A stretch of DNA of 64,000 nt from Paraspadella gotoi (lineage: Eukaryota; Animalia; Chaetognatha): positions 12,727,459 through 12,791,458 of the forward strand of contig CM119264.1 in the NCBI GenBank assembly GCA_051294375.1. Reading direction: 5' to 3'. Made by a program: the position numbers and the translations under genes. The notes beneath the pieces are model-generated. The model made no database searches, was not told the DNA's origin, and worked only from the letters and a program-made list of their open reading frames with translations. Positions 25,101 to 53,983 of this stretch are shown one piece after another; position 1 is the stretch's first letter; every line of letters begins with the position of its first letter.

Positions 25101-28100
25101 TTAGGTATCTTTACATTTTTTTTCTTTTTAAAGGCCTGCGTGACGGCCGCGACGAGCATGCTGGCCATCTTTCAGCAACACTTCGACCCCGCCGTCATCT
25201 GCTCAGAAACTATCTGCTCGCCGACGGTCGAAGATAACGAAAAATGCGACGATCATGATATCGAAGCGTTAGAGGGCGGCTCGAACATGTCTCGAAAGAC
25301 GTTGCCAAAGTAAGCTCTCGTTTCTGACGATAATGACGACGTCGAAGACGAACTATTTTCCTATTTAAACTTATTATAATGTATATATATTCTACTCGAG
25401 GCTCTGCAAGGCGTGCGTGGTTCGAACGGAAAAAGAAATTCTCGCGGCAATCAAATGGCTCCGCTGCAGCGCCGAAAAAAAATGGTCAAAGGGCTGCAGA
25501 TTCGCTGCCGACAAGGATAAATGCAATAAGGCTGTCGAAAAGATGATCAATAACTTCATCAAGGGACTCAAAAAGACGTGCCCTTACATGGTAATTTTGT
25601 CGATATGTCGTTTTACATGTATATAGAAATCATTAACGTATTTTTACTATTATGAAACTACTCTTACTACTTTAACTCTCTTCCAAGGCCTGCGCTAAAT
25701 TCGGATTCTGCCCAGCCAAACCCCCGAAGGAAGACAAGGGATTCATCGTCGAAGAGGTCGACGTCATTTTCATCAATATGGGCGGTGACCAGAAAGAGAA
25801 AGGAGTCGAAAAAACGGAAAAAGCCGAATCGAAGGTCTTCTCGATGCCGATGATGAAGTTGGACGTTCGTTCGGTCGTAAAGTCCGTCCCAATGACTGAC
25901 ATCGGCCAACCGGCGAAGAAGATTCAGAAGGTTGGATATTTTTAATAATGCGAGTTTTTCTTTCATAGTAGTACTGTATTATTACTGCTCGACTCAACTT
26001 CTTTTTATTTCACTTCCCAATTTTATTTCTCCTTAAGTCTAAAAATTGTTTTTGAAAATTACCCTTTGCGCTTATCTATGAAAATAATAATCATTATTAT
26101 CATGATTATACCAATATATCTTCTTCAGACGGGACCCTCCGATTTGTGCGTATACTGCGAAGAGATAGTCAACTATATTAAGATCATACTGAGCAACCCG
26201 GAGGAAATCCAGTCTTTCAAGCTGGCGCTTTTGAAGATGTGTGACGAGACCGGGAGCGTGGTCGCTACGGTGAGAATTTTTAAAATGTATCGTATTTAAA
26301 ACTTCCTGTCTTTACTATTTTTAGTTTTAATACCTCCAAAATATTTTTCTTTCGCTAAACATCTTTTCCCTGCTCAGGAAGTCTGCAAAGAAATTGTTAA
26401 CGAATTTTACGACCCGATTATCAAATACCTCGCCGAATTAAATACGAAGCAGACCTGTGTCTCTATGCATATGTGCAAGGCAACGCCTGGACTGCATGCA
26501 CTGCTCTCCTCCCGACTGGCCGACACTAGCTGCTCAGCTTGCAGACGCCTGGCCGGTGAACACGTGCTTCCCAAAATCGCCTCGTTTGGCGGTCGGACAG
26601 AGTATGCGATCACCGCTTGCCATCTTCTTGGTCTGGATGACCTCGCCTGTCATAAGAGTCTGACCGCCTACTTGGCGATGGCGGAGGCACACGGCGCAGC
26701 CGATCGAGTTTGCGAGGCCGTGTGTCACGATGGAGTCACCAAGGTGTAACTTAATGAAGAATGATATTAGTCTGACAGCTACAATTTAAGATAGGAACGA
26801 TGACAAATAATAATAATAATAATACAATACAATATGAATAATAACAAATAAATATAAATGCTTGATATTAATAAATTTAATTTTTCTCATACATTGTTTA
26901 CTTTCATGTTTGGGACAGGACTTTCAAGTCTGCATGGCACCCAACGCTCCTCCTTCAAAAGCGGCATCCACTCGGGTCGCCGCCAGTCCGCCGCCGCAGC
27001 CGTCCTCCTGCTCCCGGTGCGTCGAAGCCGTCGAGCAAGCCTTGGCTTCCGCCTCGGAGAAGTTAACTTGCCTCGAAGATCGCCTGACAAAAGCCTGTCA
27101 GAACTTCCCTCCCTTGATGACGGAATGTACTGCCGCAGTACGAAAGTTGGTGGAAAAATTGAAAAAGATGTCTAAGACTTGGGACGCAAAGGATATCTGC
27201 GAAGCGTTGGGCGAATGCATTCCAAAGGAAGGGGGTAGTTTGGGAATCCCAATGAGTCTGGGAGTTAAAGGTTTGTTCGCTAAAAATTACATGCTCTTTC
27301 AAACGATTGCAAGCAACGTTTAAAGAAATATTATTTTACTATTATATTTGATTATTTAATTTTCATAATTTTATTATCCCTCTCTCATTAAGGGGGTCGC
27401 GCTGCTCAACTGGCTACGCTCGCCGGCATTGGTCCCGTCATTCCCGACGGCGTCTTGGGCGGCATTCGGCGTCCTTCACCCGATGAGTTTCGAACCCCCG
27501 ATGTCATCCAACCTGTTGCAACAGAACGGAAGCCCTCTGAATCCAAGATCCTCGTTGAAGATTTCCCCCGGAAAAGGAATCCCTCTCCTCGTTTCCAAGG
27601 CGTCCCTCGCGTTGTATCGATGAATTCCGAAACCGCGAAGGGAAAATACGACTTCCGATGTTCTATGTGCGAGTTTGTGGTGGACGAAGCGAGAAAGGCA
27701 TTCACGACGTCGATGGAGGCGGAGGCGTTAGCCACGCTTGTGAAAGGATGCCGTCAATTAGAAGGGGAGATGGAAAAAGAGTGCATGCAGTTCATGGAAA
27801 TTAATGTACAAAAAATAATGGACATGTGGATGAAAAAATTGACTTCGAAGGAGATTTGTCAGTTCGCAAAGGTAAGTGGTTTTGAGTAATTAAGGGTTTA
27901 AATCCAGCATGATTTATTTTCGAAAATGAAACAAATGACAATTTAAGAGACATCGCCAAATGAGAAAAAAAGATTCGCGTTTTAAGAAAAGTTTTCCCAC
28001 AGGTCTGCCCTACTACAGTCCCAGAGGCATCTCCCCTTTCGGACGTGGAGTGCTACGCATGCGAATTCGCCTTTAAAACCGTCAAGTCGCTTTGGTCGTC

Positions 28101-28493
28101 TTCTGAACTTCCTTCTATCATTAATTCGACGTTGCACTCGATGTGCTTGAAGGCGCCGGAGGAGTTAGAGGAAGGATGCTTTTCGGTCGTCGATCAGGTT
28201 CTTTTTTGCCTTTTCATACCTCTCCTTTTTTCGTTCTCTGACCGCCTGTTATCCAAATATGCATCCAATTTCGTTCCACGCAGATCGACCCCGTCATCAA
28301 CGCTATGATGAGCCAACTCGAACCGGAAATGGTCTGCGCCACGCTGGGCGCGTGCTCGTCTCCGACACGCTCGGGCCTCTTAGGCGCGGGGCCCTGCGCC
28401 GGATCTCCCTCGTCGTGGTGCAATGATTGGAAGCGGGCGATGAAGTGCGAGAGAGTCTCGTGGTGCAAGGCCAATGGGTGGGGCCGCAATTGA
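22149..28493 (+). CDS. PSAP: Prosaposin-like precursor with signal peptide, N- and C-terminal SapA domains and 11 SapB domains
   Basis: Signal peptide MKWTALVAVLFAILA; SapA CARGPSFYCRDEDTAKSCAALAYC; eleven CxxC..C..C..C..C saposin-B units starting near 22815, 23472, 23956, 24363, 24898, 25405, 26146, 26530, 27008, 27659 and 28051; C-terminal SapA LLGAGPCAGSPSSWCNDWKRAMKCERVSWC, TGA at 28493. Confidence 0.92.
23230..23405 (-). mobile_element. tRNA-derived SINE-like insertion in a prosaposin intron
   Basis: Minus strand shows A-box-like TGGTGCAGGAGG, loop CTCCCAA and B-box-like GGTTCTAGCCC. GC-rich island in an AT-rich intron, bounded by the inverted 9-mer AACCGTTCA/TGAACGGTT. Confidence 0.6.
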
Positions 28494-29296
28494 AAAGATG
28501 GGGTGAAGAAATTCGTATCGACAACGATCTTTCTCTTTTTTGGGGTTCAAGCGCGCTTTTTACTTGTATAAAATGAATGTCCTTTACGTGGTACAATACG
28601 ATTCAATAGTGACTGTGACAGACGATATGGATAAGGTAGTGTATTCAAAAGTTATATCAATTCAATGTGATTGGGGAAAATATTTCACGGCAAGTAGTGA
28701 AAAAGATGTCACCCGCCGTAGTCGTAGAATTAGTAATTCCAATACGCTAGTCCGGTTTATTTGGAAATGGGATGCTGTGGACGCTATTATTTCATTTTAT
28801 CTCTTTCTATCTACACTTTATTTGTTCGTAACTCTTTCATTAAATAAGGTGAACCAGAATTGCACTCGAAACTGCAAATGTTTGAATTTTCCCTCGCTAA
28901 GAAAAAAAAAAATCATGGGTCCGCCTTGTATTATCTCAATCCCGATCTTTAAAGGCGAATCTTCGCTATATATATTACGAAAGAGGGACAAGGTGACATT
29001 CGGCCATTTAAACCTATGTTCGTCTCTTAACCAGTTTGTACATATTTTGCACCTCTAAGCACTCTTCTGTGATATAATCAAATATATTTTCGTTGGATTT
29101 TTAATTGCACTTTTTAATACGAAAGTAAATCTTCACAGGTACATAACTATTAGAAGTTTAACCATTTATTAAAAAAAGCTTTCGGAATATTCATAAAAGA
29201 TTAAAAGAGTACATTATTTCAATGGACGATTCCAAGCAAGTTGCTAGGATTTTTTTATATTGCCATCCTGCAAGTCTAACAAAACGTTTTTTTCTC

Positions 29297-36425
<7,129 letters not shown>

Positions 36426-37800
36426 ATTTCCTATTTCAAGTATAAATGTGTTTTTTTATTTGAACGAAAAAATATTTAATAAATTTTTACCAAAAATTAA
36501 AATTTGTGAAAAAAGGAAATCGTCTTGATATTTAATAGTATACCTTAATAAAAAAATCAAAGCTCGCTCTTGCCGGCGAGCAACCGCAATATCTATATCA
36601 AACAATAATAATAATCACAATTAATCATTACGAAACACGAACAGTTACATTTAATCGCAGAATAAATACCGAAGAAATACGGAAGACGACGAAGACGTAT
36701 AAACGTTTATTAGTTCAAAGAGTCTTGTTCAAAGCCAACATTTGGGAGACAAAAAGAACATCCGAGTTATGGTCGTCTGGACTTTACAATATTTAAGTAT
36801 ATGAAACTTTTTACCCATCGTGCATGTATTTTAATAATAAAAAAAAGAGTTAAAAGCAAAGTGAAACTGCTCACCATTGAAAGCATTGACCAACAATTTT
36901 TACGTTTCTTGAAAAAAACCTCCCAATTTTCAGATCAAAAACATTCGTCTGCTTTTTGAGCCTTTCAGTTTAACTTTTTTTTTTCGAAACTGAAAAAAAT
37001 GACCTTTCATCTCAAAACACGTTTAAATTTGCACTCTGCGTCAGCGGCTTAAGGGGGCGTAATGAGATAAAGAGAGAACGATCAGTAGACAAACATCGCT
37101 ATCAAAAAACTGGAGTCAAAAGCTTAAACATGAAAATAAGTTTTAGTTCATATCTTCTTAATGTTCTACAGTTTACTTTTAAGTATTTCATCCATATTTT
37201 CATAATGTTCTACAGTTTACTTTTAAGTATTTCATCCATGAAACAAAACAACACTTCTCAAACCAATGGCCAGCCTGTCCTTCCAGACCAGATTAGTGTT
37301 TTCGTCTTCTCCACTTATAATTGTAATTGTTGTCTTTTAGCGTATCTTTACTGTTCGACGTCCGTAACCAACCCTGGTGCTTTGTTAATCCATTTAATTT
37401 TGATTTCCCTCTAGCTCGAGTCTCTTTTGCGCAATAATATATATCATTTTTTGTTCAGGAAATGCAATATTTTATAATAAATAATAATTGTTTTAAATTT
37501 ATTTTAGTTGCCATTTTTATGTTTGAACGAGTTTTATAAAAAAACAAATTTTGAACATGTTTAGCTTCAATGTAAGCTTTCATCAGTGCAAAAACGAATT
37601 GATTAGGAAAACAATATTTTCACTGCTCTTTCTCTCTCTCTTCAAACTTCAAAGTCTGTAAAAATATTTTTTTCATAAATCAATTCGTTTTTGCGCTGAT
37701 AAAGGTTTACATTAAAGCGAAAAATGTTCAAAATTTGTTTCTGAAAAATTTGTTGTAGAGGAAAGGAAAGGAAAAATTATATTTTTTGTTATTTTTTTAA

Positions 37801-37858
37801 AGGTTAGTATTTGGGTAAGGTTGGTTAGGGATTAGGGGTGGTTAGTTAGGGGTGTTAG
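37801..37858 (+). repeat. Degenerate telomere-like (GGTTAG/TTAGGG) tract
   Basis: ggttagtatttgggtaaggttggttagggattaggggtggttagttaggggtgttag, adjacent to the interspersed repeat. Confidence 0.55.
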
Positions 37859-38751
37859 AATTTGAAATAAAAAGTTTTTCTACCCTTACCAATGTCGAAA
37901 TGTAAAAGTAAGCCTCTTTTATAATATATATATATATATTTATTAAATGAATGGATAATTTTATATTGGTTGCACCAATTTCATAAAATTCAGCTCCTTG
38001 TATTTTGATGCTAGTGCGGAGTACAATAAGTATTCCCCGATCTAATACTTAAGGGAGTGGTCTTTTCATACAATTGAAACATTGTTTGAAATATTTTCCA
38101 CTTCATTGATAGGGAAGCCAGGTACTCTGGAGTGAATAAACGAGACTGTGAGAGAGTCTTGATTGAAAGCTTGCAGGGACCTGCTATGTCATTATCTTGT
38201 AAGAGTGATGGAGGCCTTAAACTACCAAAGCCTGTCCAAAGTCAGGGGCAAAATAGCTTATTTATTAAATGAATGGATAATTTTTATATTGATTGTACCA
38301 TTTTCATATAGACAAAAAAAACAAAAAAAAACCAAACACAAACATGACTTAGGTGGGCATAGCTTTAATTGACTGACCTTATGAACGAGAGGAACTTTAA
38401 ACGAACGCACAAAGTGGAATCACTCCTTCACTCTCCTCCCTCCTCCCGAGATTTTTTCAGGCACCTGATTAGTTTCTACCGGAGTCGGCCAAGCGAGGCC
38501 CAAAAACAACGCAAATTAGATAACAACGATGCGGTTGTCTTTCCTCTTCCTTTCGTCGTGGTCCTTATCTTCTGCTAAAATATTTTATCTAATTATTCCA
38601 ATTTTTCCGTCACACGAGGTCAGTCTCAGCTGGGGGTCGTCTAGAGACCAACGAAATATTTTGTTTGATAATAGTTATCTTTATTGCTGATTTTTAAACA
38701 TAAAAAGATACAAACAAAGTTCAATATATCTCCATCTATACATTCATATCT

Positions 38752-38820
<69 letters not shown>

Positions 38821-38842
38821 AAACTATCTATCTATTTATCTA
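38752..38842. repeat. (ATCT)n microsatellite, mirrored at ~40580-40670
   Basis: Seen directly. Confidence 0.95.
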
Positions 38843-40178
38843 ACTTTCAACCAATCAAGCTACTAACTTAAAGGAAAAAACGCTCATGAACAACCTATAT
38901 TTAATAAAACAACCACAAAACGTTCTTGTTTCTTTCCATAAAATCTCAGTGGAATCCAACAACAGGGAATTATGGCAAAACAGCAAAAACTATAAAGTCT
39001 TTCTCCAAAAAAATGTGTACATCCAACCACGATAATGATAAATTATTTCTTTTTGTTGTATTTGAACAATTCTAGAATCTCGTCTCGCAAAACCCGCATA
39101 AGGTTCATTCTCCAATTGATCTGTTTTGAAGAAATAAACCCAGATTAAGCGTTGAAAAAAATTACCGGCAGAAAGATATTCCTAATTATAAATGGGACTT
39201 ATGTCCGACGTTACGATTGACGGTACACATAGACGCTAANNNNNNNNNNCGTCCGTAACCAACCTTACGTACCACCGGTCGGTGCTTTGTTAATCCATTT
39301 AATTTTGATTTCCCTCTAGCGTCGAGTCTCGTTTTGCGCAATAATATATATCATTTTTTGTTCAGGAATGCAAATTTTATAATTTTATAATAAATAATAA
39401 TTGTTTTAAANNNNNNNNNNNNNNNNNNNNNNNNNNNNNNNNNNNNNNNNNNNNNNNNNNNNNNNNNNNNNNNNNNNNNNNNNNNNNNNNNNNNNNNNNN
39501 NNNNNNNNNNNNNNNNNNNNNNNNNNNNNNNNNNNNNNNNNNNNNNNNNNNNNNNNNNNNNNNNNNNNNNNNNNNNNNNNNNNNNNNNNNNNNNNNNNNN
39601 NNNNNNNNNNNNNNNNNNNNNNNNNNNNNNNNNNNNNNNNNNNNNNNNNNNNNNNNNNNNNNNNNNNNNNNNNNNNNNNNNNNNNNNNNNNNNNNNNNNN
39701 NNNNNNNNNNNNNNNNNNNNNNNNNNNNNNNNNNNNNNNNNTGCAAAAACGAATTGATTAGGAAAACAAATATTTTCACTGGCTCTTTCTCTCTCTCTCT
39801 TCAAACTTCAAAGTCTGTAAAAATATTTTTTTCATAAATCAATTCGTTTTTGCGCTGATAAAGGTTTACATTGAACCCGAAAAATGTTCAAAATTTGTTT
39901 CTGAATAAAATTTGTTGTACGAGGAAAGGAAAGGAAAAATTATATTTTTTTGTTATTTTTTTAAACGGTTAGTATTTGGGCTAAGGTTGTTTAGGGATTA
40001 GGGGTGGTTAGGGTTTGGGGTGGTTAGGAATTTGAAATAAAAAGTNNNNNNNNNNNNNNNNNNNNNNNNNAAGTTTGTAATTTCAAATAAAAATATACTT
40101 TTCTTGGGTTAAAATTGGAGGAAAAAAAACACGAACTTCTCCAAGATTCTGGACGGTCGAAAACACTCACCGGTCCCC

Positions 40179-48974
<8,796 letters not shown>

Positions 48975-49070
48975 CTTTTTCTTTATTGACTCCAGCAAAT
49001 GACATTTGTTTCTCGTTTATCACGTAATAAATAGAAGGATGAAGATAAATATTTTCAGTCATTTTGCTCA

Positions 49071-49868
49071 TCAGACGAAATAAAGTTCGGACCTGAACGA
49101 ATTCTCACAATTAAAACGACCGACTTGTCGGGATTTTCGATTAAAGTCTCCTTCTCCTTCACGTCCGTCATATTCCGGTTTTTCTTTCGATCCGACGTCA
49201 CTCGGAATTTTATGGCAGCGAAGGAAGCGGATGGAGGGAGGGGAAGAAAGGGGAGGAAGAGGAAGAGGAGGAGGAAGATATAAAGGAAGAAGAGGAGTTA
49301 TTCGGTGGGAAGGAGGGAGAGGAAGGTGAGAAGCGGGAGGACGACGACGACGAACCTTTTCGCCGCTTACAAAAAGATGAGAGGGAGATGGAGAGGAAGG
49401 AGGAGAACGAGAGGGAGTAGGAGGATGGACGGGAGGAAAGCCTTTTCGAATCTCGGTCCTAGGGTCGCCGCGATCTCTCTCGGCTTCAAACCATGGGGTC
49501 GCGGGTTCGAATCCCGAGACGACATTTTTTTCTTTCGCTCGACGTTCCGGTAATCGTAGTTGATGTGGATGTGGTCGGTGTCGACCAGATGGACAATATC
49601 GCTGTCGCCTCAACAGCGCAGCCGCGTAGCAAGAGGGCGGCTCCGGGACGTTGAGCGTCGGCGCCCTCGTATCGGCGGCGACGCGGCCGAGTTCCGGCGC
49701 GGACGCCGACGAGGACAGCGGTGGAGGCGCCGCCAACGACGACGCAGATGACGAAGACGATAAAGTCGTCGTCCCGAGGAAACGATTGCCGCGCCTCGCG
49801 AGGGGGGCGCTAACATAGGTCGTTCCTGTGTGGGGATTGGGAAAGGATTTTGTAGGTGAAGCACGTGA

Positions 49869-49907
<39 letters not shown>

Positions 49908-51985
49908 GAATATCTTCATAACTGTGTCATAAGCTATCTCCCATTAATCATTCATTAACACAGTCGACCATAGGCCACTCTTTAATCGACTCATAGATTT
50001 TTGATTAATCAGTTCATCTAATTATATTATTTTTTTGATTTAAACATTCTGTAATTCCACTTCGTTCCTCTAAACGGTCTCACACAAATTTTCACAGCAA
50101 AAAAAAAACAAACTTATAGCACATTGTACGGCGTTGGTAACACGGTAGCAACTATGAAAAAAATGTATAGATAAAAAAGAAAATAATGAAAGTGAAAAAA
50201 ATTAACAAATCAATTTTTGGAGTATTCGTATTCACTTTGCACCGAAAAGATGAAAAGAAAAAACTAAAGCATGTATAGTTGCAGTAGCAATAAATTATGT
50301 TATGTATTTAATATATGCTGTCCGTTAATTTTTCGACTCACCTTTTAAAAGTCGTCATTCGCGTGCAGCGCAATTGATTGTCTTTTTGTTTTGGGTCACG
50401 AGTTATTTAGAACAAGCATAAATAAAAAATGTCAGAAAACAAAGGATAGAGAATATTTTTCGACATTAATTGATTAACGTGCTTGCAGGCTAATGTCTAA
50501 GAAAACGTAAACAAATATAGTATGCTCAAAACTATTTTTATCAAATCCATTTGCAATCGCAATGTATATGAGAAAAAATAAGAGAATGAAAAATAAAACC
50601 AAAATAAGGTCGTGTCCGATGCAAGCTAAATTAAAGATAACAACAAATTCATAAATGATTCATTTGTAAAGTTTTAAAAGGAAAAAGAATAAAATATAAA
50701 AAATATACGAGAAGAAGAAACGAAATATCAACAAGAAGAAAATATTCAAAAAAAAAGAAAAGAAATTTCTATGTTTTGTTGTCAAAAAAATCATTGATTG
50801 AAAAAAATGAGTCGAGGTCATTTCGGCTCAATCCTTCTTTCTGTGAAAGAGGACGGATCAAAAAAAAAAAAAAAAAAGGATGGAGGAAAGAAAAGAAAGA
50901 AAAAGGAAAGGAGAAGGAGATAAAGAGAGAGATGGAATGAAACGAATCTGGATGAAGGAGAAACATTGGCGAGAAAATAAGGAGTAGGAAGGGGAAGAGT
51001 TGGAGGGAGAAGAGACTCGCCTGTCATCACAGATTTTCCTGAGACGAAGCGAAAGTTGAGAGTCTGACGTCGGCATCCGACCAGGCGGTAGAATTCCGCG
51101 CGGAAAGTCGAGCTGAAGAGGGGGTTGCAGAAAGGGGGGCGTGGCGGTAAGGGGTTAGGTGAGGATAGTGTGGATCGGGTGTGAAGGTTGATTGAAGTGA
51201 GATTCGGTGAGAAAAGAAGGGCTGAGGGCCAATCGGGAATGTTTGGTGAGTGAAAATCGTATGGGCAAAGGTTATGGTATGGGCAAAGGGTAATGGTGTG
51301 GGAAAAGTGTGTGGGAAAATTGGAAAAAAAAATTTGCTTTGGGTGGATCCTCGTTTGATGAAGATTAATGCAAAAACGGAAGTGGCGACGACGACGACGA
51401 CAACGACGTTGCCGACGATGATGATGATTTGGACGACGGCATAAACAACGATATTGATAGGCTAATTTTCCCCGGAAGTGACGCATTTGTTAACTAAAAC
51501 ATGAAACGTTCGATAACAAATGGATAAATAAAACGAACTTGAGAACAAAAAAATATTTTTGGCTGGCGAAACACGAGACGTTAAGAGAAGGAAAAAAAAT
51601 CCTAAGAAAAACGCAGGGAGAAAATTCTATTGGCAAAAAGAAAAAAAAAATAAAGACAGAAAACGAATATTCCAAGTGCCAACCGTCACTAAATCTCAGA
51701 AAAAACATTCTCAGTGCCAAACGATACGGAATTAAATTTTAATATTTAAGGAAATTCGATGGTTGCAAGACGAAATGCACATATTTCCTCGTCCTTGACT
51801 TTGTGAATACGGCAGCCGCCGCAGGAATATTTCTCAATGCTCACCTGGCTAAAATGTAAAGAAAGAAGTTAATTCCTGCGTTGATTTTGGCCAAAAGAAA
51901 CGTCACTTGTCTCACGGTATATCTGAGAGAGAGAGAGAGAGAAGACGAGAGACAGAGGAGAGAGAAGGGGAGAGAGAAGAGAGAG

Positions 51986-52016
<31 letters not shown>

Positions 52017-52343
52017 AGAAAGAGAGAGAGAGAGAGTAAAATGAATTAAGAGAAAGAGTAGCCGGATCATTTAAACCCAAACTCACTCCACGCTTCCGTT
52101 GGTCTCGGTCCACCACGGCGAAGGAGATTCCGTTCGGGAGGCAGAGAAGAACGAAGGCCGGCGCATGTGACGATAACATCCTCACGGCCTAAAACGGGTG
52201 AGGTGTGAGAGTGGAGTGAGACGAGTGGACGCGATTCGTGAAAGGGGGGCGAGAAGAATATTGGCGTTTCGTTTTGAATTAGAAATGGATATGCAGTCCT
52301 CCATTGCTCGGATTGCTTTCTCTTCTCTCTCTCTCTCTCTGCT

Positions 52344-52397
<54 letters not shown>

Positions 52398-52851
52398 TCT
52401 CTTTTCTCTCTCGCCAATACGCCAAATCGATCGTCTGCCTCGATGCCTTATTGCCGAGTTTATAATCATGTTTAAATGCCGTAATAGTATTAATTATAAA
52501 ACTCAATGACCCGATTAAGCTGCGTTCTCTCCATCTAGCGTCCGAAGCTTAAGCTCATCGCACCATTTTCTCCCTCCTCAATTGACACGAAGCGAATTGC
52601 CTATTTTTTTTTTTGCGCGCTAATGGATTCCCCTTTTCTCCCCCCTTCCATCCAAGAGGGGAGAGGGGAAGGAAGAAGATGAAAGATAGGGAGAGATAAG
52701 TCGAGTAGATTACGATGAGGGAAAAAAAATGTTTGTGGAGAATGTGAGAGAAAGTGGAGGAAAAAGAAAAAGTTAATTGGACCTGATGGAGCGAAGGAAA
52801 TGGTGGCGTCCTCCCTCCTCTCTCTCTCTTCTGTGCTCTCTCTCTCTTGCT

Positions 52852-52907
<56 letters not shown>

Positions 52908-53927
52908 GAGACTCAATGAGATATTCTATTCCTCGATTTAAATTCGTTCGGAAAGAGATTTATCGCACCACATTAAGCATAAGTACTTAGATGTCAGGGC
53001 GTCCCTGTAATACGAAAAGAGTATGAATAATAAAATGAATATATAGTAGTATTACAACGAATCAATTGATGAAATAAATAAATTGAATATATACAAAGTT
53101 TTTTTTGGTTTTTTTTTATAGAAGGTGGAGCTAAGGTTCGCTTCACTAAGGCGGACCCGTTTCGCCCCCTCTCCCTCTCTCTCCCAAACTTTTATTGAGT
53201 GTTGAAGGCGACGAGCTAAGTTTCCCTTCGTCTCTCGTAAAGACGTTTACGAGCGACAAGGAAGGCTCCTGTTTGCCGAGATCAAGTTTTTGGGAGGGGG
53301 AGGGGGGAGGGGTCGAGGAACGAAGCTGGGTCCGATCGAAATGGTCATTGGTCAAGGACGACCTTTTTTTTCGGGGCAGGGGAAGTGAGCTGGCTTGGTC
53401 TCTCACGTTTTCACCTGTTTCGCCGTATCTTCCGGTTCTCCTGCTGCCGTGTGAACTCGTATCGTTTACGACGCGACTGATCTTGGAAACAAAAGAAATT
53501 TCAACAGGCTGTTAGAAATTAACTAGTTACCTTTCGGGTATCTTATTTTTTAAAAACTCTCGTCCAGCCTCATAAACAATACAAAACAAAACAAAACAAA
53601 ACAAAAAAAACAAAAAACAAAGCCTCAACGAATGCGAATATGTCTTGGATGACGAGGAAAATGACGACGACGACTAACGACGACAACGACGACGCATCCC
53701 CGCTCTTCCGACTCACGCGGCTGATCAAGAGTTGCGATGTTCGCGGACGACGATGCGGACGATGATGAGGACGTTGAAGACGAGAGAACCGCGCAGGGGA
53801 TGTTGACCACGAGGACGTTCTCCACGTTGGACAGGATGCGGTTCGAACATGCGCTGCGGGGAAGGAGGGAGGAGAGCGGGGGAGAGGAATAAAAAGAGTG
53901 AAATTGAAGAGAAAGAGGAGAAGGAAC

Positions 53928-53983
<56 letters not shown>

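Noticed and set aside
28540-29058. 172-aa ORF downstream of prosaposin
   Set aside because: TTG start, AT-rich, no recognisable motif; lies in the convergent 3'UTR zone of prosaposin and PGM2.
49464-49531. Functional tRNA-Sec or opal suppressor tRNA
   Set aside because: Lacks the D arm and long variable arm, with poor acceptor and anticodon stems; kept only as a relic.
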